From positions 1 to 36,685 of IMG/VR virus record IMGVR_UViG_3300025018_000308: a stretch of DNA of 36,685 nt. One strand, 5' to 3'. The position numbers and the translations under genes were made by a program. Under the pieces are notes generated by a model, which ran no database searches, was not told the origin of the DNA, and saw only the letters and a program-made list of their open reading frames with translations. Positions 17,919-26,032 of the stretch are shown here, one piece after another (position 1 is the stretch's first letter; the number at the start of each line of letters is the position of its first letter). This DNA is from a virus (Duplodnaviria; Caudoviricetes).

Positions 17919-18530
17919 CTATACTTCTTCTTCTTTCTCCTCTGACATCTCCTTTTTCGCTTGTCTTAGATCCGCCAATGAAAAGTGCATTACTTTGTGC
18001 TCAGCTTTTTCCACTTTTCCATATATGTCTGGTTTCAATCTTTCTGCCAAAAACTTTGCTGTATCCATTTTTACCTTAAGTAATGCAGGGTTTTCTTTTC
18101 GTACTAATTGCCCGTTTTTGTCATAAATCTTTCCAAACATTCCTATTACTGGCTCACTTGTCCGTAGGTTTATAGTACGATTGAACTCGTGCTCTACCTT
18201 CTCAAGCATTTTTTCCCGCCTTTTTTCCTGTTTTTTAGTCCGATACATTTCTCTCGCTTCGTCAAGTAGTGAACGTAATGTCTTTCCCGTCTCTGGTATT
18301 ACAACATCTCTCTTAACCCACGTATTTATAGTGTAAGAAGATAAGGTGTAGGGTTTTTTCCCTCCCTTATCATCTGTAAGGAGTAGTTCTATCTTTCTCT
18401 CGGGTGGATAGAGTGTTTCGCCCGAGAATATACGCTGAACTAATAAACTAGCAATTTCCTTTGTCAGCCCGACATCTGGTCTCTGTTTTACCCCGTTTTG
18501 TTTATATACCTGTAGTTTTCCTTCGCTCAT
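17919..18530 (-). CDS. terS: Terminase small subunit
   Basis: 203 aa with an HTH-like N-terminus (RIFSGETL...TINTWV) and 'KMDTAKFLAERLKPDIYG' C-terminal motif typical of TerS; upstream of terL. Confidence 0.7.
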   Translation of the reverse strand: MSEGKLQVYKQNGVKQRPDVGLTKEIASLLVQRIFSGETLYPPERKIELLLTDDKGGKKPYTLSSYTINTWVKRDVVIPETGKTLRSLLDEAREMYRTKKQEKRREKMLEKVEHEFNRTINLRTSEPVIGMFGKIYDKNGQLVRKENPALLKVKMDTAKFLAERLKPDIYGKVEKAEHKVMHFSLADLRQAKKEMSEEKEEEV

Positions 18531-18589
18531 ATACCTTTTATATTACCATATATTACTCGTTCATAACTCTTATCCTGATGTATAATCAT
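18527..18589 (-). CDS. 20-aa mini-ORF ATGA-coupled to terS
   Basis: MIIHQDKSYERVIYGNIKGI* fills the whole gap between genes; it also overlaps a TGG-TAATAT promoter-like site. Confidence 0.3.
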   Translation of the reverse strand: MIIHQDKSYERVIYGNIKGI

Positions 18590-18591
18590 AG

Positions 18592-18855
18592 TTATTCTTC
18601 AATTACACAAATACAATCTTTCTCTGCTCCAATGTCCGCGTAATGTGGCTCTCCTGCGTACACCTGCTCCATTACAGGTATCTTTCCTGATCCTCCGCAG
18701 TATTCACACTTAAGGTGATGATCAAGGTGACGATAGCCACACCGACACTCAAGACCGAACTCCAAACAATAATATCCCATATTATGCCTACCAAATAAAC
18801 ACGAGATTACATTTCTAATCATTATCCATATTGTTTCTCCTTTTCTCTTTTTCAT
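18592..18855 (-). CDS. Cys-rich zinc-binding hypothetical protein
   Basis: CLFGRH, CRCG, CEYCGGSG (DnaJ-type CxxCxGxG) and CIC motifs. Confidence 0.55.
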   Translation of the reverse strand: MKKRKGETIWIMIRNVISCLFGRHNMGYYCLEFGLECRCGYRHLDHHLKCEYCGGSGKIPVMEQVYAGEPHYADIGAEKDCICVIEE

Positions 18856-19115
18856 ACTCTCCTATTGTTTAAAATGTTTGTAGGGCTGATGATTTCTAAC
18901 ACCACCCCGCGAGTAATGCAAAACTCTTCAAGTGCCAAATTATCAAATTGCATATCACATCCAGTTAATTCATCTCTATCTTTGTTCCAGTAGTGAAATC
19001 GTATATATTGGATAGCCCCGCTCGACCATTGAACCTTGACTATACTTCGGTGTTTTATCCTACCTGAACGCAACTCTTGTATCATCCGCTCGCTTTCGTG
19101 GTAAATGTTCTCCAT
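18852..19115 (-). CDS. Hypothetical protein
   Basis: 87 aa, ATGA-coupled to the downstream gene. Confidence 0.55.
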   Translation of the reverse strand: MENIYHESERMIQELRSGRIKHRSIVKVQWSSGAIQYIRFHYWNKDRDELTGCDMQFDNLALEEFCITRGVVLEIISPTNILNNRRV

Positions 19116-19176
19116 AATCTTTTTAGTTATTTAACAATCCCTCATACTCAGCTTTTAATTTGTTTAGGGTGTCATA

Positions 19177-19362
19177 TTACTTTAGGTTAAATAGTCGGCT
19201 TATATCCACATTCAACACGTGTGCAATATATATCAATCTTTTTGCATCAACTTTTCTTGCCCCAGACTCTATAAGAGATATGGCTGTTGCAGAAACACAC
19301 CCTATTTCGTTGGCTAATTCTTTCTGCGATAATCCACATTCTTCACGGTATTTTTTTATTAT
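19177..19362 (-). CDS. XRE/Cro-CI HTH regulator lacking a canonical start codon (not in ORF track)
   Basis: IIKKYREECGLSQKELANEIGCVSATAISLIESGARKVDAKRLIYIAHVLNVDISRLFNLK* is a textbook HTH_3 pattern. There is no ATG/GTG/TTG in frame; ATA codons overlap the upstream TAA. Confidence 0.75.
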   Translation of the reverse strand: MIKKYREECGLSQKELANEIGCVSATAISLIESGARKVDAKRLIYIAHVLNVDISRLFNLK

Positions 19363-19829
19363 TCCTTTCTCTTGCGTACGTTTAATGTACCGCCTAATTG
19401 ACCTAATAAGGCTTTGATCACAAGAGCTAGTGTAGACACGATATTCTCCATTGTCATATTCGCTACGGCAATCTTAAAATCTTTTACCGTCGCATTTTCG
19501 TCTAATAAAATATCTGAAAATGTAAGAATTATCGCCGACTTTCCACCCGTTGCTTCAAATATGTCAGTAAATATCTTATCTGGTATCTCTGACTTTAGAT
19601 TTTCCTCCCCTTGTTGGACAATTACTGATTGACCTATACCTCCGCCACCGCTATTTTGTGGTATAGGTGCTATATACCTCGTATAAGGAGAAATCACACT
19701 TACACGCGTAATTTTAATAATCTCGTGTTTACAGTGTTTGCAGACTTCAAGTCCGTCAAACGCAACATACTCGTGTATCCCACTTTCTCTTGTACATTTT
19801 TTTGTAAAATCCCTTTTATTCTCGCTCAT
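19359..19829 (-). CDS. Hypothetical protein with N-terminal Cys/His zinc knuckle
   Basis: 156 aa, C...H...CKHC pattern. Confidence 0.55.
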   Translation of the reverse strand: MSENKRDFTKKCTRESGIHEYVAFDGLEVCKHCKHEIIKITRVSVISPYTRYIAPIPQNSGGGGIGQSVIVQQGEENLKSEIPDKIFTDIFEATGGKSAIILTFSDILLDENATVKDFKIAVANMTMENIVSTLALVIKALLGQLGGTLNVRKRKE

Positions 19830-19871
19830 AAGTGGAGAGATACTGTGTACCTCCCCTATACAAGCACGAAC

Positions 19872-20135
19872 TTACCCTCTGATCTCTGCAAGTCTCGCTT
19901 CGTCAATCCCGAAAGATGACATAACGTCCTCGTCAGTAGCTCCGTTCGCAAGTGCCTCCTTAACATCAGCTTCAACGTCAGTTGCAGATACCTCTGCGTC
20001 CTCCGCTTCATCATCAGTAGGTGCGTCATCAGATACCTCAGTATCTTCTACACTCTCACTCACTTCCTCAGTAGCTTCTTCTGTTGCTTCTTCAACTGTT
20101 TCTTCTACTGGTGTCCCTGTGTTTTCGTTTTCCAT
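19872..20135 (-). CDS. Extremely acidic small protein
   Basis: From ATG 20135: 87 aa with 32 D/E and 3 K/R, and a C-terminal helical/HTH-like motif. Confidence 0.65.
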   Translation of the reverse strand: MENENTGTPVEETVEEATEEATEEVSESVEDTEVSDDAPTDDEAEDAEVSATDVEADVKEALANGATDEDVMSSFGIDEARLAEIRG

Positions 20136-20175
20136 AGAACAATGATTATGACTAATAATGTGCCCGACCTTTATA

Positions 20176-20514
20176 TTATACCACTTTCTTGGCTTTTCTT
20201 TTACCCACTTTTCCACTTTTTTCTGGAACTTTTTTATCCTTAGTTACACTTAAAGATACCGCTCCGTCTACCATACCTACCGCCAATCCTCTAAGGTAAG
20301 TCTTCTGTAATGTTGAGTGAATTAGTGGTATAGAAGTTACACCTGCTAATGCAAGAAAAATTGTTTGAGGTAATCCTACAAACACATCAAGGGCAATCAC
20401 TGCAATAATGCCCACAAAAGATACTGCCTGTATAGTTTTATAATGATTATTTTTTTTCATTACATCTACTATATTTCCCTTTATAGCTTCAAGATTGTCT
20501 ATAATGTTCTTCAT
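20176..20514 (-). CDS. Two-TM membrane protein with basic tail
   Basis: 112 aa, two hydrophobic segments. Confidence 0.6.
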   Translation of the reverse strand: MKNIIDNLEAIKGNIVDVMKKNNHYKTIQAVSFVGIIAVIALDVFVGLPQTIFLALAGVTSIPLIHSTLQKTYLRGLAVGMVDGAVSLSVTKDKKVPEKSGKVGKRKAKKVV

Positions 20515-20515
20515 A

Positions 20516-20689
20516 TTAGCTCTTTAATAGTCTTACCCAACCCCAGATGTTGAATACATAAAATCCAATAATTCCCCCATAGTAAGCAAACATTGCAAAA
20601 CCTTCTGTTGTCTCTCCTCCTGACATCATAGCCACTATAAATACTGCGGTGGATATAATTGCCCAAAGTGCTATTTGTTTATTTTTCAT
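20516..20689 (-). CDS. 57-aa two-TM membrane protein (not in ORF track)
   Basis: MKNKQIALWAIISTAVFIVAMMSGGETTEGFAMFAYYGGIIGFYVFNIWGWVRLLKS* exactly fills the gap between flanking genes. Confidence 0.7.
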   Translation of the reverse strand: MKNKQIALWAIISTAVFIVAMMSGGETTEGFAMFAYYGGIIGFYVFNIWGWVRLLKS

Positions 20690-20690
20690 A

Positions 20691-21185
20691 CTAATTTAAT
20701 GTTAAAATCCTAACTGGTAATTCTCTAACTCCCCAAGTAAACGCTTCGTCTTTCGTCTCAACCCATATATCAAAACGTTCTTGGTCTCGGTATCTACGGT
20801 TCATACGATCCTCACAGGTATATTGCCGACCCTCAATAACAACCTGCGTACCAAACTCATACTTTGAAGGACACGCTATCACCCCCCTTCTTGTTTGTGT
20901 CATAGAAGCGGTCTCAAATGGTGTATCGTCTGTTTCGTCTACACTTGAAGTATAGGCTGTGATTGTTGCGGTAACCATTGTATGAGACTGCTCCTCTGTT
21001 GTTTCGTGTATTCCTACATTCAAGGCATACACCATAAACAATATAAGTCCAAAGAGCAATGAAAGAGCGAAAATAAAAAGAGTATCTACTGTAAAATCAT
21101 AAAACCTCTTTCTTCGTGTAAACTTCATTATCTTGTGACGACGTTGCATATCGTCAATGAGCCACTCTGGTATATCGTAATACAT
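20691..21185 (-). CDS. Membrane-anchored 3D-domain (MltA-like) lytic transglycosylase
   Basis: One TM segment then 'TAYTS...DDTPFETAS...IAC...FGTQVVI...CEDR...RFDIW...AFTWG' 3D-domain signature. Confidence 0.85.
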   Translation of the reverse strand: MYYDIPEWLIDDMQRRHKIMKFTRRKRFYDFTVDTLFIFALSLLFGLILFMVYALNVGIHETTEEQSHTMVTATITAYTSSVDETDDTPFETASMTQTRRGVIACPSKYEFGTQVVIEGRQYTCEDRMNRRYRDQERFDIWVETKDEAFTWGVRELPVRILTLN

Positions 21186-21206
21186 AGTATTTTGTTATTT
21201 ATAAAC

Positions 21207-21364
21207 TGTGATACCCAGATACCTTGCTTCCATTCGGCAAAGACCTGTCGCCTAGGTCTTTGAAAGTTTTTCTCTCAGATGAGAGGGCAACAAAACTTTC
21301 GTTCGTTTCCCCTGACCGTCACCCCATAAAGGCTCGGGTGGAAGCGGAGTATCTGAATACCACA
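21207..21364 (-). ncRNA. Candidate ~160-nt multibranch structured RNA
   Basis: Closing stem TGTGGTATTCAGATACT/GGTATCTGGGTATCACA plus GCTTCCA/TGGAAGC. Inner stems CACCC/GGGTG, GAAAGTTTT/AAAACTTTC and CAAAGACCT/AGGTCTTTG. Starts just after a promoter. Confidence 0.65.
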
Positions 21365-21369
21365 CTTTT

Positions 21370-21412
21370 ATATTATTCTATTTGAAAGAACCTCGCAACA
21401 TAGTTATCCACA
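21370..21412 (-). promoter_or_regulatory. Promoter with DnaA box
   Basis: TTGCGA, 17 nt spacer, TAATAT (21370-75); TTATCCACA on the plus strand at 21404-12. Confidence 0.6.
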
Positions 21413-21428
21413 CTTTCTCTGGACAGTC

Positions 21429-21803
21429 TTAAAACAAAGTTTTCGGTCTTGTGTCCATATAAGACGGTCTCTTTGTAGGGTATTGTGTCACCTCTTTTGG
21501 TGGATACCCTAACACTGCTCTCCACTTATCTTCTTCAATACCTCTTGCTTTTGCGACCTTTGGATCTGTTGGATAATACTTCTCCTCAGAATTAAATTGT
21601 GCCCTGATCCGCTTCACATTATCCTCACGTGGTAGACTATGAAGATGTCTTAAATATATAGCGTCCCCCCTTTTCCCAATTATTACCTTGTCTGGAAAAT
21701 ACTTTTTCCATATCTCTATAGTAAGGTCTATATCTGAGTTACGTGTATTCGGCACTTCTCTTAATACCTCCTCAACCATTTCTTTGATTGTTTTTATTTT
21801 CAT
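21429..21803 (-). CDS. Hypothetical phage protein
   Basis: 124 aa, 'VEEVL...NTRNSDIDL...KRIRAQF' pattern. Confidence 0.6.
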   Translation of the reverse strand: MKIKTIKEMVEEVLREVPNTRNSDIDLTIEIWKKYFPDKVIIGKRGDAIYLRHLHSLPREDNVKRIRAQFNSEEKYYPTDPKVAKARGIEEDKWRAVLGYPPKEVTQYPTKRPSYMDTRPKTLF

Positions 21804-21809
21804 ATAGTA

Positions 21810-23210
21810 TTATATACCTAATAATTCCATTTCTTTACGAAACTTTATACGCATATTCGCCAACAAGCGTGGCATATCCTCTATCTCCTCATCTGATAGT
21901 GGCTTCATAAAACGCTCAATCTTTTGTGCTTTGTCTTGGTTTATCTTTCTAACGTGCGTATCTATAACATCATCTCCTCTTGTAAGATAATATACAATTT
22001 GCATATCATTCTTCTGCTCTGGTCTATCTATCCTATTCTCTGCCTGTATGTTATTTGCGGGTACAAAATCCATATCAACAAAAAGACATACACTAGCCTC
22101 TGGTAGATTTCCACCCTTACCGTGAGCTTTAATCCTCCCAACAAGCACTTGATCGTCTCCAGTCTTCCATTCTTGCACTTCATCAAAGGTCTTAAATGAT
22201 ACCTTTAGCCTTTTAAGCTCCTCTTGAAGGATTGCGTCTGTCTCTACAAACATTGAAAAGACCACTATACGCTGATTTCCATACTTTCCGTTTGCTATAT
22301 CTTGTGCAACCCTTTTTGCTTTCCACTTGCTATTCACTTGGTACATTTGCCCATTTTCAATAAGCCCACGCAATTCACGTATATTGTCTAAGTCTACATC
22401 TCTTTTTTGTGCTTCTTCAAAATACTTATTCCACGCCTGTGTATACTCCCCAAGCCACTCCATATTCATATCTATCCACTCAATACTCCGTATTTTCTTC
22501 TTGAATATGTCTGTCTCTGACTTACTCATTATGAAGAAGTGATCCCGAAGCAACCAACGCAATACCCGCACGTGATTTGAGCCTTTTGCCCACCACGCAT
22601 AGTCCTGAAACCACTTTCCAGTATTTCGTATTTTTCTATAATGACCACCTGCAAACACAGCTTCAAAAGCCTTTTTAGCGTCTGCTCCCTTACCAACCAC
22701 CATAGGGTGCTCAAGCAAGAGAAGTGGTGCATACAACTCTGACGCTCCATTCATCATAGGTGTGCCCGATAGAAGTGCGAGATACTCCATTTCCTTTGTT
22801 ATTTTATGCACTCTCTTAAAACGCTTCGTTGTCGTGGTCTTCGCTAGAGTTGCCTCGTCTATTACCATAGTGTCAAATAGTTTTTTTATTTCCTCTGGCT
22901 CGTGCTTAATAAGCCCCTCAGGGTTTATGCCACACACTGCCCGTGTTGATCCATAGACATACTCAAGGTCTACCTCTCTTAGAGAATGATAAGTAAGGTC
23001 GTCAAAATGCGTCTCTACCTCTTTTTTGAAGTTTTGACTATTCACTATCTCATTCTTTTCTGCAACAAGTAGAACGTGCTTCTTCCCAACCTCGTGCATT
23101 GACGCAAGAGAAGTGAGTGTTTTCCCCATACCTAAGTCAAGAGCAATGTAGGCACGTTTTGCGTCCTTTACAAAATCTACGGCTTTGTTTTGATAATCAA
23201 ACAATTCCAT
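21810..23210 (-). CDS. SNF2-family (SF2) helicase
   Basis: LFDYQ Q-motif, LDLGMGKT, VIDEAT, LSGTP, GGNL and QAENRIDR motifs. Confidence 0.88.
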   Translation of the reverse strand: MELFDYQNKAVDFVKDAKRAYIALDLGMGKTLTSLASMHEVGKKHVLLVAEKNEIVNSQNFKKEVETHFDDLTYHSLREVDLEYVYGSTRAVCGINPEGLIKHEPEEIKKLFDTMVIDEATLAKTTTTKRFKRVHKITKEMEYLALLSGTPMMNGASELYAPLLLLEHPMVVGKGADAKKAFEAVFAGGHYRKIRNTGKWFQDYAWWAKGSNHVRVLRWLLRDHFFIMSKSETDIFKKKIRSIEWIDMNMEWLGEYTQAWNKYFEEAQKRDVDLDNIRELRGLIENGQMYQVNSKWKAKRVAQDIANGKYGNQRIVVFSMFVETDAILQEELKRLKVSFKTFDEVQEWKTGDDQVLVGRIKAHGKGGNLPEASVCLFVDMDFVPANNIQAENRIDRPEQKNDMQIVYYLTRGDDVIDTHVRKINQDKAQKIERFMKPLSDEEIEDMPRLLANMRIKFRKEMELLGI

Positions 23211-23212
23211 AT

Positions 23213-23578
23213 CTATTTATTTTTACGTCTATCAAACTTCTCTTGTCTAATTTTCCTTTCCTTTTGTTTCTGGATAGCCAACTTTGCTCTTTTACGTGTT
23301 TTAATGGTGTATTCAATCCCTGCACCATTCCATACCACCCTACTTGGAGACACGCCTTCTTTTTCCGCTATCTGTGCCCTCAACTCCTTTCTCTTTTCAC
23401 TTCTCTTGCGTGAAGCTTCTATCTTTTTACGTAAACGTGCTTGTCTACGCTCTTTCCTTTGATTTGCCTCATATATACGATCAGACTTATCTATTTCTGC
23501 GTTAAAGCGTCTTTGTCTCGCTTGTTCTGCTCTCCTAGCACGTCTATTTGCTTTTACATTTGCTTTTGTTGTATCCAT
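23213..23578 (-). CDS. Highly basic (Arg/Lys-rich) protein
   Basis: 121 aa dominated by R/K. Confidence 0.6.
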   Translation of the reverse strand: MDTTKANVKANRRARRAEQARQRRFNAEIDKSDRIYEANQRKERRQARLRKKIEASRKRSEKRKELRAQIAEKEGVSPSRVVWNGAGIEYTIKTRKRAKLAIQKQKERKIRQEKFDRRKNK

Positions 23579-23583
23579 AAGCC

Positions 23584-23763
23584 CTACTTTATGTTTTTAA
23601 TCTCCTCCTCCACATCTTTTATTGACACCTTCAAAATCTCCAAAAAATCTTTTAATTGTGTCTTTATATCTACCCTTAGCGTAAAGTCTAGGTTCACCTC
23701 TCCTTTAGAGTAGTTAAAAGTCTTGTTTTGCACGTGGTCTTTCTTAATTATATTTTGAGCCAT
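23584..23763 (-). CDS. 59-aa hypothetical protein (not in ORF track)
   Basis: MAQNIIKKDHVQNKTFNYSKGEVNLDFTLRVDIKTQLKDFLEILKVSIKDVEEEIKNIK* fills the intergenic gap. Confidence 0.65.
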   Translation of the reverse strand: MAQNIIKKDHVQNKTFNYSKGEVNLDFTLRVDIKTQLKDFLEILKVSIKDVEEEIKNIK

Positions 23764-23764
23764 A

Positions 23765-24130
23765 TTATTTTAGATGATATAGTACCGTTGAACGGTCTTT
23801 GCCTGTTAATTCTGCGATAAGAGACACCCCAAACCCGTCTTTGTGCATATCTCTAATCAGTTTTTTGAATACCTCCACTGTCTGTACCTTCTTATTTTTC
23901 GGCAATGCCTCATAGAAGATTTTATACTTATGCTCCCACAAACAGTTAAGTCTGGATTGTTTTGTACATTTTCGTATCTGTGTGATGTCTCCATTTTCAA
24001 TATGTCTTACTATTTCATATAGGCTACTTCTTGCAATCCCTAATTCATTCGCAACCTGTATAATAGTTTTCTTTTTATCGTTTTTTGCCTGTATGTAGGC
24101 ACGATATATTTTTATATAATCTACTTGCAT
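23765..24130 (-). CDS. Double helix-turn-helix DNA-binding protein
   Basis: TIIQVANELGIARSSLYEIV and GVSLIAELTGKDRSTVLYHL. Confidence 0.7.
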   Translation of the reverse strand: MQVDYIKIYRAYIQAKNDKKKTIIQVANELGIARSSLYEIVRHIENGDITQIRKCTKQSRLNCLWEHKYKIFYEALPKNKKVQTVEVFKKLIRDMHKDGFGVSLIAELTGKDRSTVLYHLK

Positions 24131-24675
24131 AATTTTGCCTTCAAGTTAGCCTGTAATCTTTCCAATGATATCCGTTCTGCTTCTTCGTAGCCGTGTTGTC
24201 TCACTAATTCCCAAAACTCCTGACTGTCTGGAAACTCATATCCTGCGTTATCAAAGATGTTTTCTTCCAACAAGCCAAGAAACTTATTCCACGCCTGTAC
24301 AGTCTTGAAATCAGATGTTGATTTTCTCCTCCTAACAGTCCTGTGTACAAGTGAAACATCATACCCAAGCAATTCGTCCAATAGTTCTTCCCTATACTTT
24401 TTAATAGTGTCGTTATTCGGTTCACCTTCTATCATATCCATATTCTGTATAGCGTAATACTTCACACAAGTTCCGTTGAAAAACCTCCTCTGGCGTTCCA
24501 CCTCTGGATCAAACATTTCATATATAACCTTTATTATTTTAGGTTTATAGTCCGCTTCTACCGTATTTTGTATGTCTTTTATCCACCTATCCTTCCTCTC
24601 CAACTCACGCACAGCAGGTGGTATAACCTCTGTTTGAGTAAGATTATAAAATAATGTAATGCGTTTTGTTCTCAT
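24121..24675 (-). CDS. NinB/Orf-like recombination mediator
   Basis: 'QRRFF...STSDF...WNKFL...YEFPD' pattern; located in the recombination module. Confidence 0.5.
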   Translation of the reverse strand: MRTKRITLFYNLTQTEVIPPAVRELERKDRWIKDIQNTVEADYKPKIIKVIYEMFDPEVERQRRFFNGTCVKYYAIQNMDMIEGEPNNDTIKKYREELLDELLGYDVSLVHRTVRRRKSTSDFKTVQAWNKFLGLLEENIFDNAGYEFPDSQEFWELVRQHGYEEAERISLERLQANLKAKLCK

Positions 24676-25031
24676 TAGAAAGGTATATCGTCTGTGTTAA
24701 TAACATCTTCTTGCACTGTCTCTGCTGGTCTGTCTGGCTTTCCTTTTAGTAAGTCCATAACAAACCCTATAGTTGCAGGTAGCTCGTATACATTCAATCT
24801 ATTCTCGTCTGTGTCCTCATACTTAAAATTGAGATACTGCCCCTCCTCTATAACCGTAGGATCTACATCGTCTCCAACTTTCCACCCCCACGTTTTCTTA
24901 TTACCAAAACCAGTGATCCAACGCCTATTACCCTTGCCGTCTTTATATTCGTCAAACTGGAGAATAACTCGTGTATAAGGATTTCCCGCTTTTGATATCT
25001 CTATATTCTTTTTTATTGCTTTGATTATCAT
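24675..25031 (-). CDS. ssb: Single-stranded DNA-binding protein
   Basis: OB-fold-like N-terminus and acidic C-terminal DDIPF tail; next to ERF and exonuclease genes. Confidence 0.7.
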   Translation of the reverse strand: MIIKAIKKNIEISKAGNPYTRVILQFDEYKDGKGNRRWITGFGNKKTWGWKVGDDVDPTVIEEGQYLNFKYEDTDENRLNVYELPATIGFVMDLLKGKPDRPAETVQEDVINTDDIPF

Positions 25032-26032
25032 TATTTCTTTTTTGCTCGTGGAGCGTTAAACTTAATAGAATGTGTTACAGAAACAGGTTCGTGGTTCAAT
25101 TCATAGTTTTTCTTTGCACTTGATAACCCAACTAATATCTCCTCACCTAATGCAAGTGTCATAATGTTCCCACTCTCTGTTTGAAACTCTAAATCATCTG
25201 GGTACTGGTACTTTTTACTTGTAGCGATAGAAAATGACCCCAAATCGTGCTTTACATTTTGTTGCCCCGAAAACTTCATAACCTCAAACACTCGCTCTTT
25301 AATTACAGACTGTTTCAATTCTATTTCTTTTTTCTTAGCCTCTAGCTCCGCGTATTCTGCTATATCTTCTTCTGATACAAGGTTTTCTTTCGGTGCACTT
25401 GAGAAGTTCTCATACTCTTGGTTTATTTCCTCAATAGTAGAAATTATAATCAAAGAAAAAGCGTCTAGTTCTTCTTTTGAATAATATATCTCTAATACCT
25501 CTGTTTCTCCTGTAGGCACAAGTTCTTTACCATTCCACTCCGTACCTATCCATTCAATATACCCTCTCACGCTCTGTGGATCATTTCCCCTGCGTCGGTT
25601 CTCAAGCAACACGAGCAATGCCGTAAACCTCATTTTTAGGTCTTGTGCTAGTTGTTTTGGTGTCCAACGGTTTTCTTTTCCCGTTTTATAATCAACAAAA
25701 CGAACCTCTGGCGTATCTGCAATTTCGTGGCTGTCTGGTATCCCAAGAAGGTTTACCTGTATGTTCTTCTTTACAGGATCATCGAAGTTTAGATACACAG
25801 GAGCTGTGATAGTTTCCTCAAAATTAGTAAAGCGGTTCTCTACTTTCAAAAATCCCGCCTCAATAAGAGCGTGTATCCTCGTCCCTGCTTTCATCGCAGA
25901 AGTCTCTGGAGTTCTTTCGTTCAGAAAATAAGACCGTATGAATGATGTTTTTTGCCTATGCCATTGTGCAAATGCACTAGGACTAAGGTGTGGTTTTATA
26001 TCTGGATAAAACATATTATTTTTCATATTCAC
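25031..26032 (-). CDS. PD-(D/E)XK (Cas4/RecB-like) exonuclease
   Basis: HLSPS...GTRIH...GIPD...VDYKTG motifs. Confidence 0.8.
   Translation of the reverse strand: MNMKNNMFYPDIKPHLSPSAFAQWHRQKTSFIRSYFLNERTPETSAMKAGTRIHALIEAGFLKVENRFTNFEETITAPVYLNFDDPVKKNIQVNLLGIPDSHEIADTPEVRFVDYKTGKENRWTPKQLAQDLKMRFTALLVLLENRRRGNDPQSVRGYIEWIGTEWNGKELVPTGETEVLEIYYSKEELDAFSLIIISTIEEINQEYENFSSAPKENLVSEEDIAEYAELEAKKKEIELKQSVIKERVFEVMKFSGQQNVKHDLGSFSIATSKKYQYPDDLEFQTESGNIMTLALGEEILVGLSSAKKNYELNHEPVSVTHSIKFNAPRAKKK

Noticed and set aside
21207-21364. Hammerhead ribozyme or c-di-AMP (ydaO) riboswitch
   Set aside because: The CUGANGA/GAAA core and the ydaO consensus blocks could not be matched, so it is kept as an unknown RNA.
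25031-26032. Cas4 as evidence of a CRISPR system
   Set aside because: No cas genes or array and no Fe-S cysteines; the context (ERF, SSB) indicates a recombination exonuclease.
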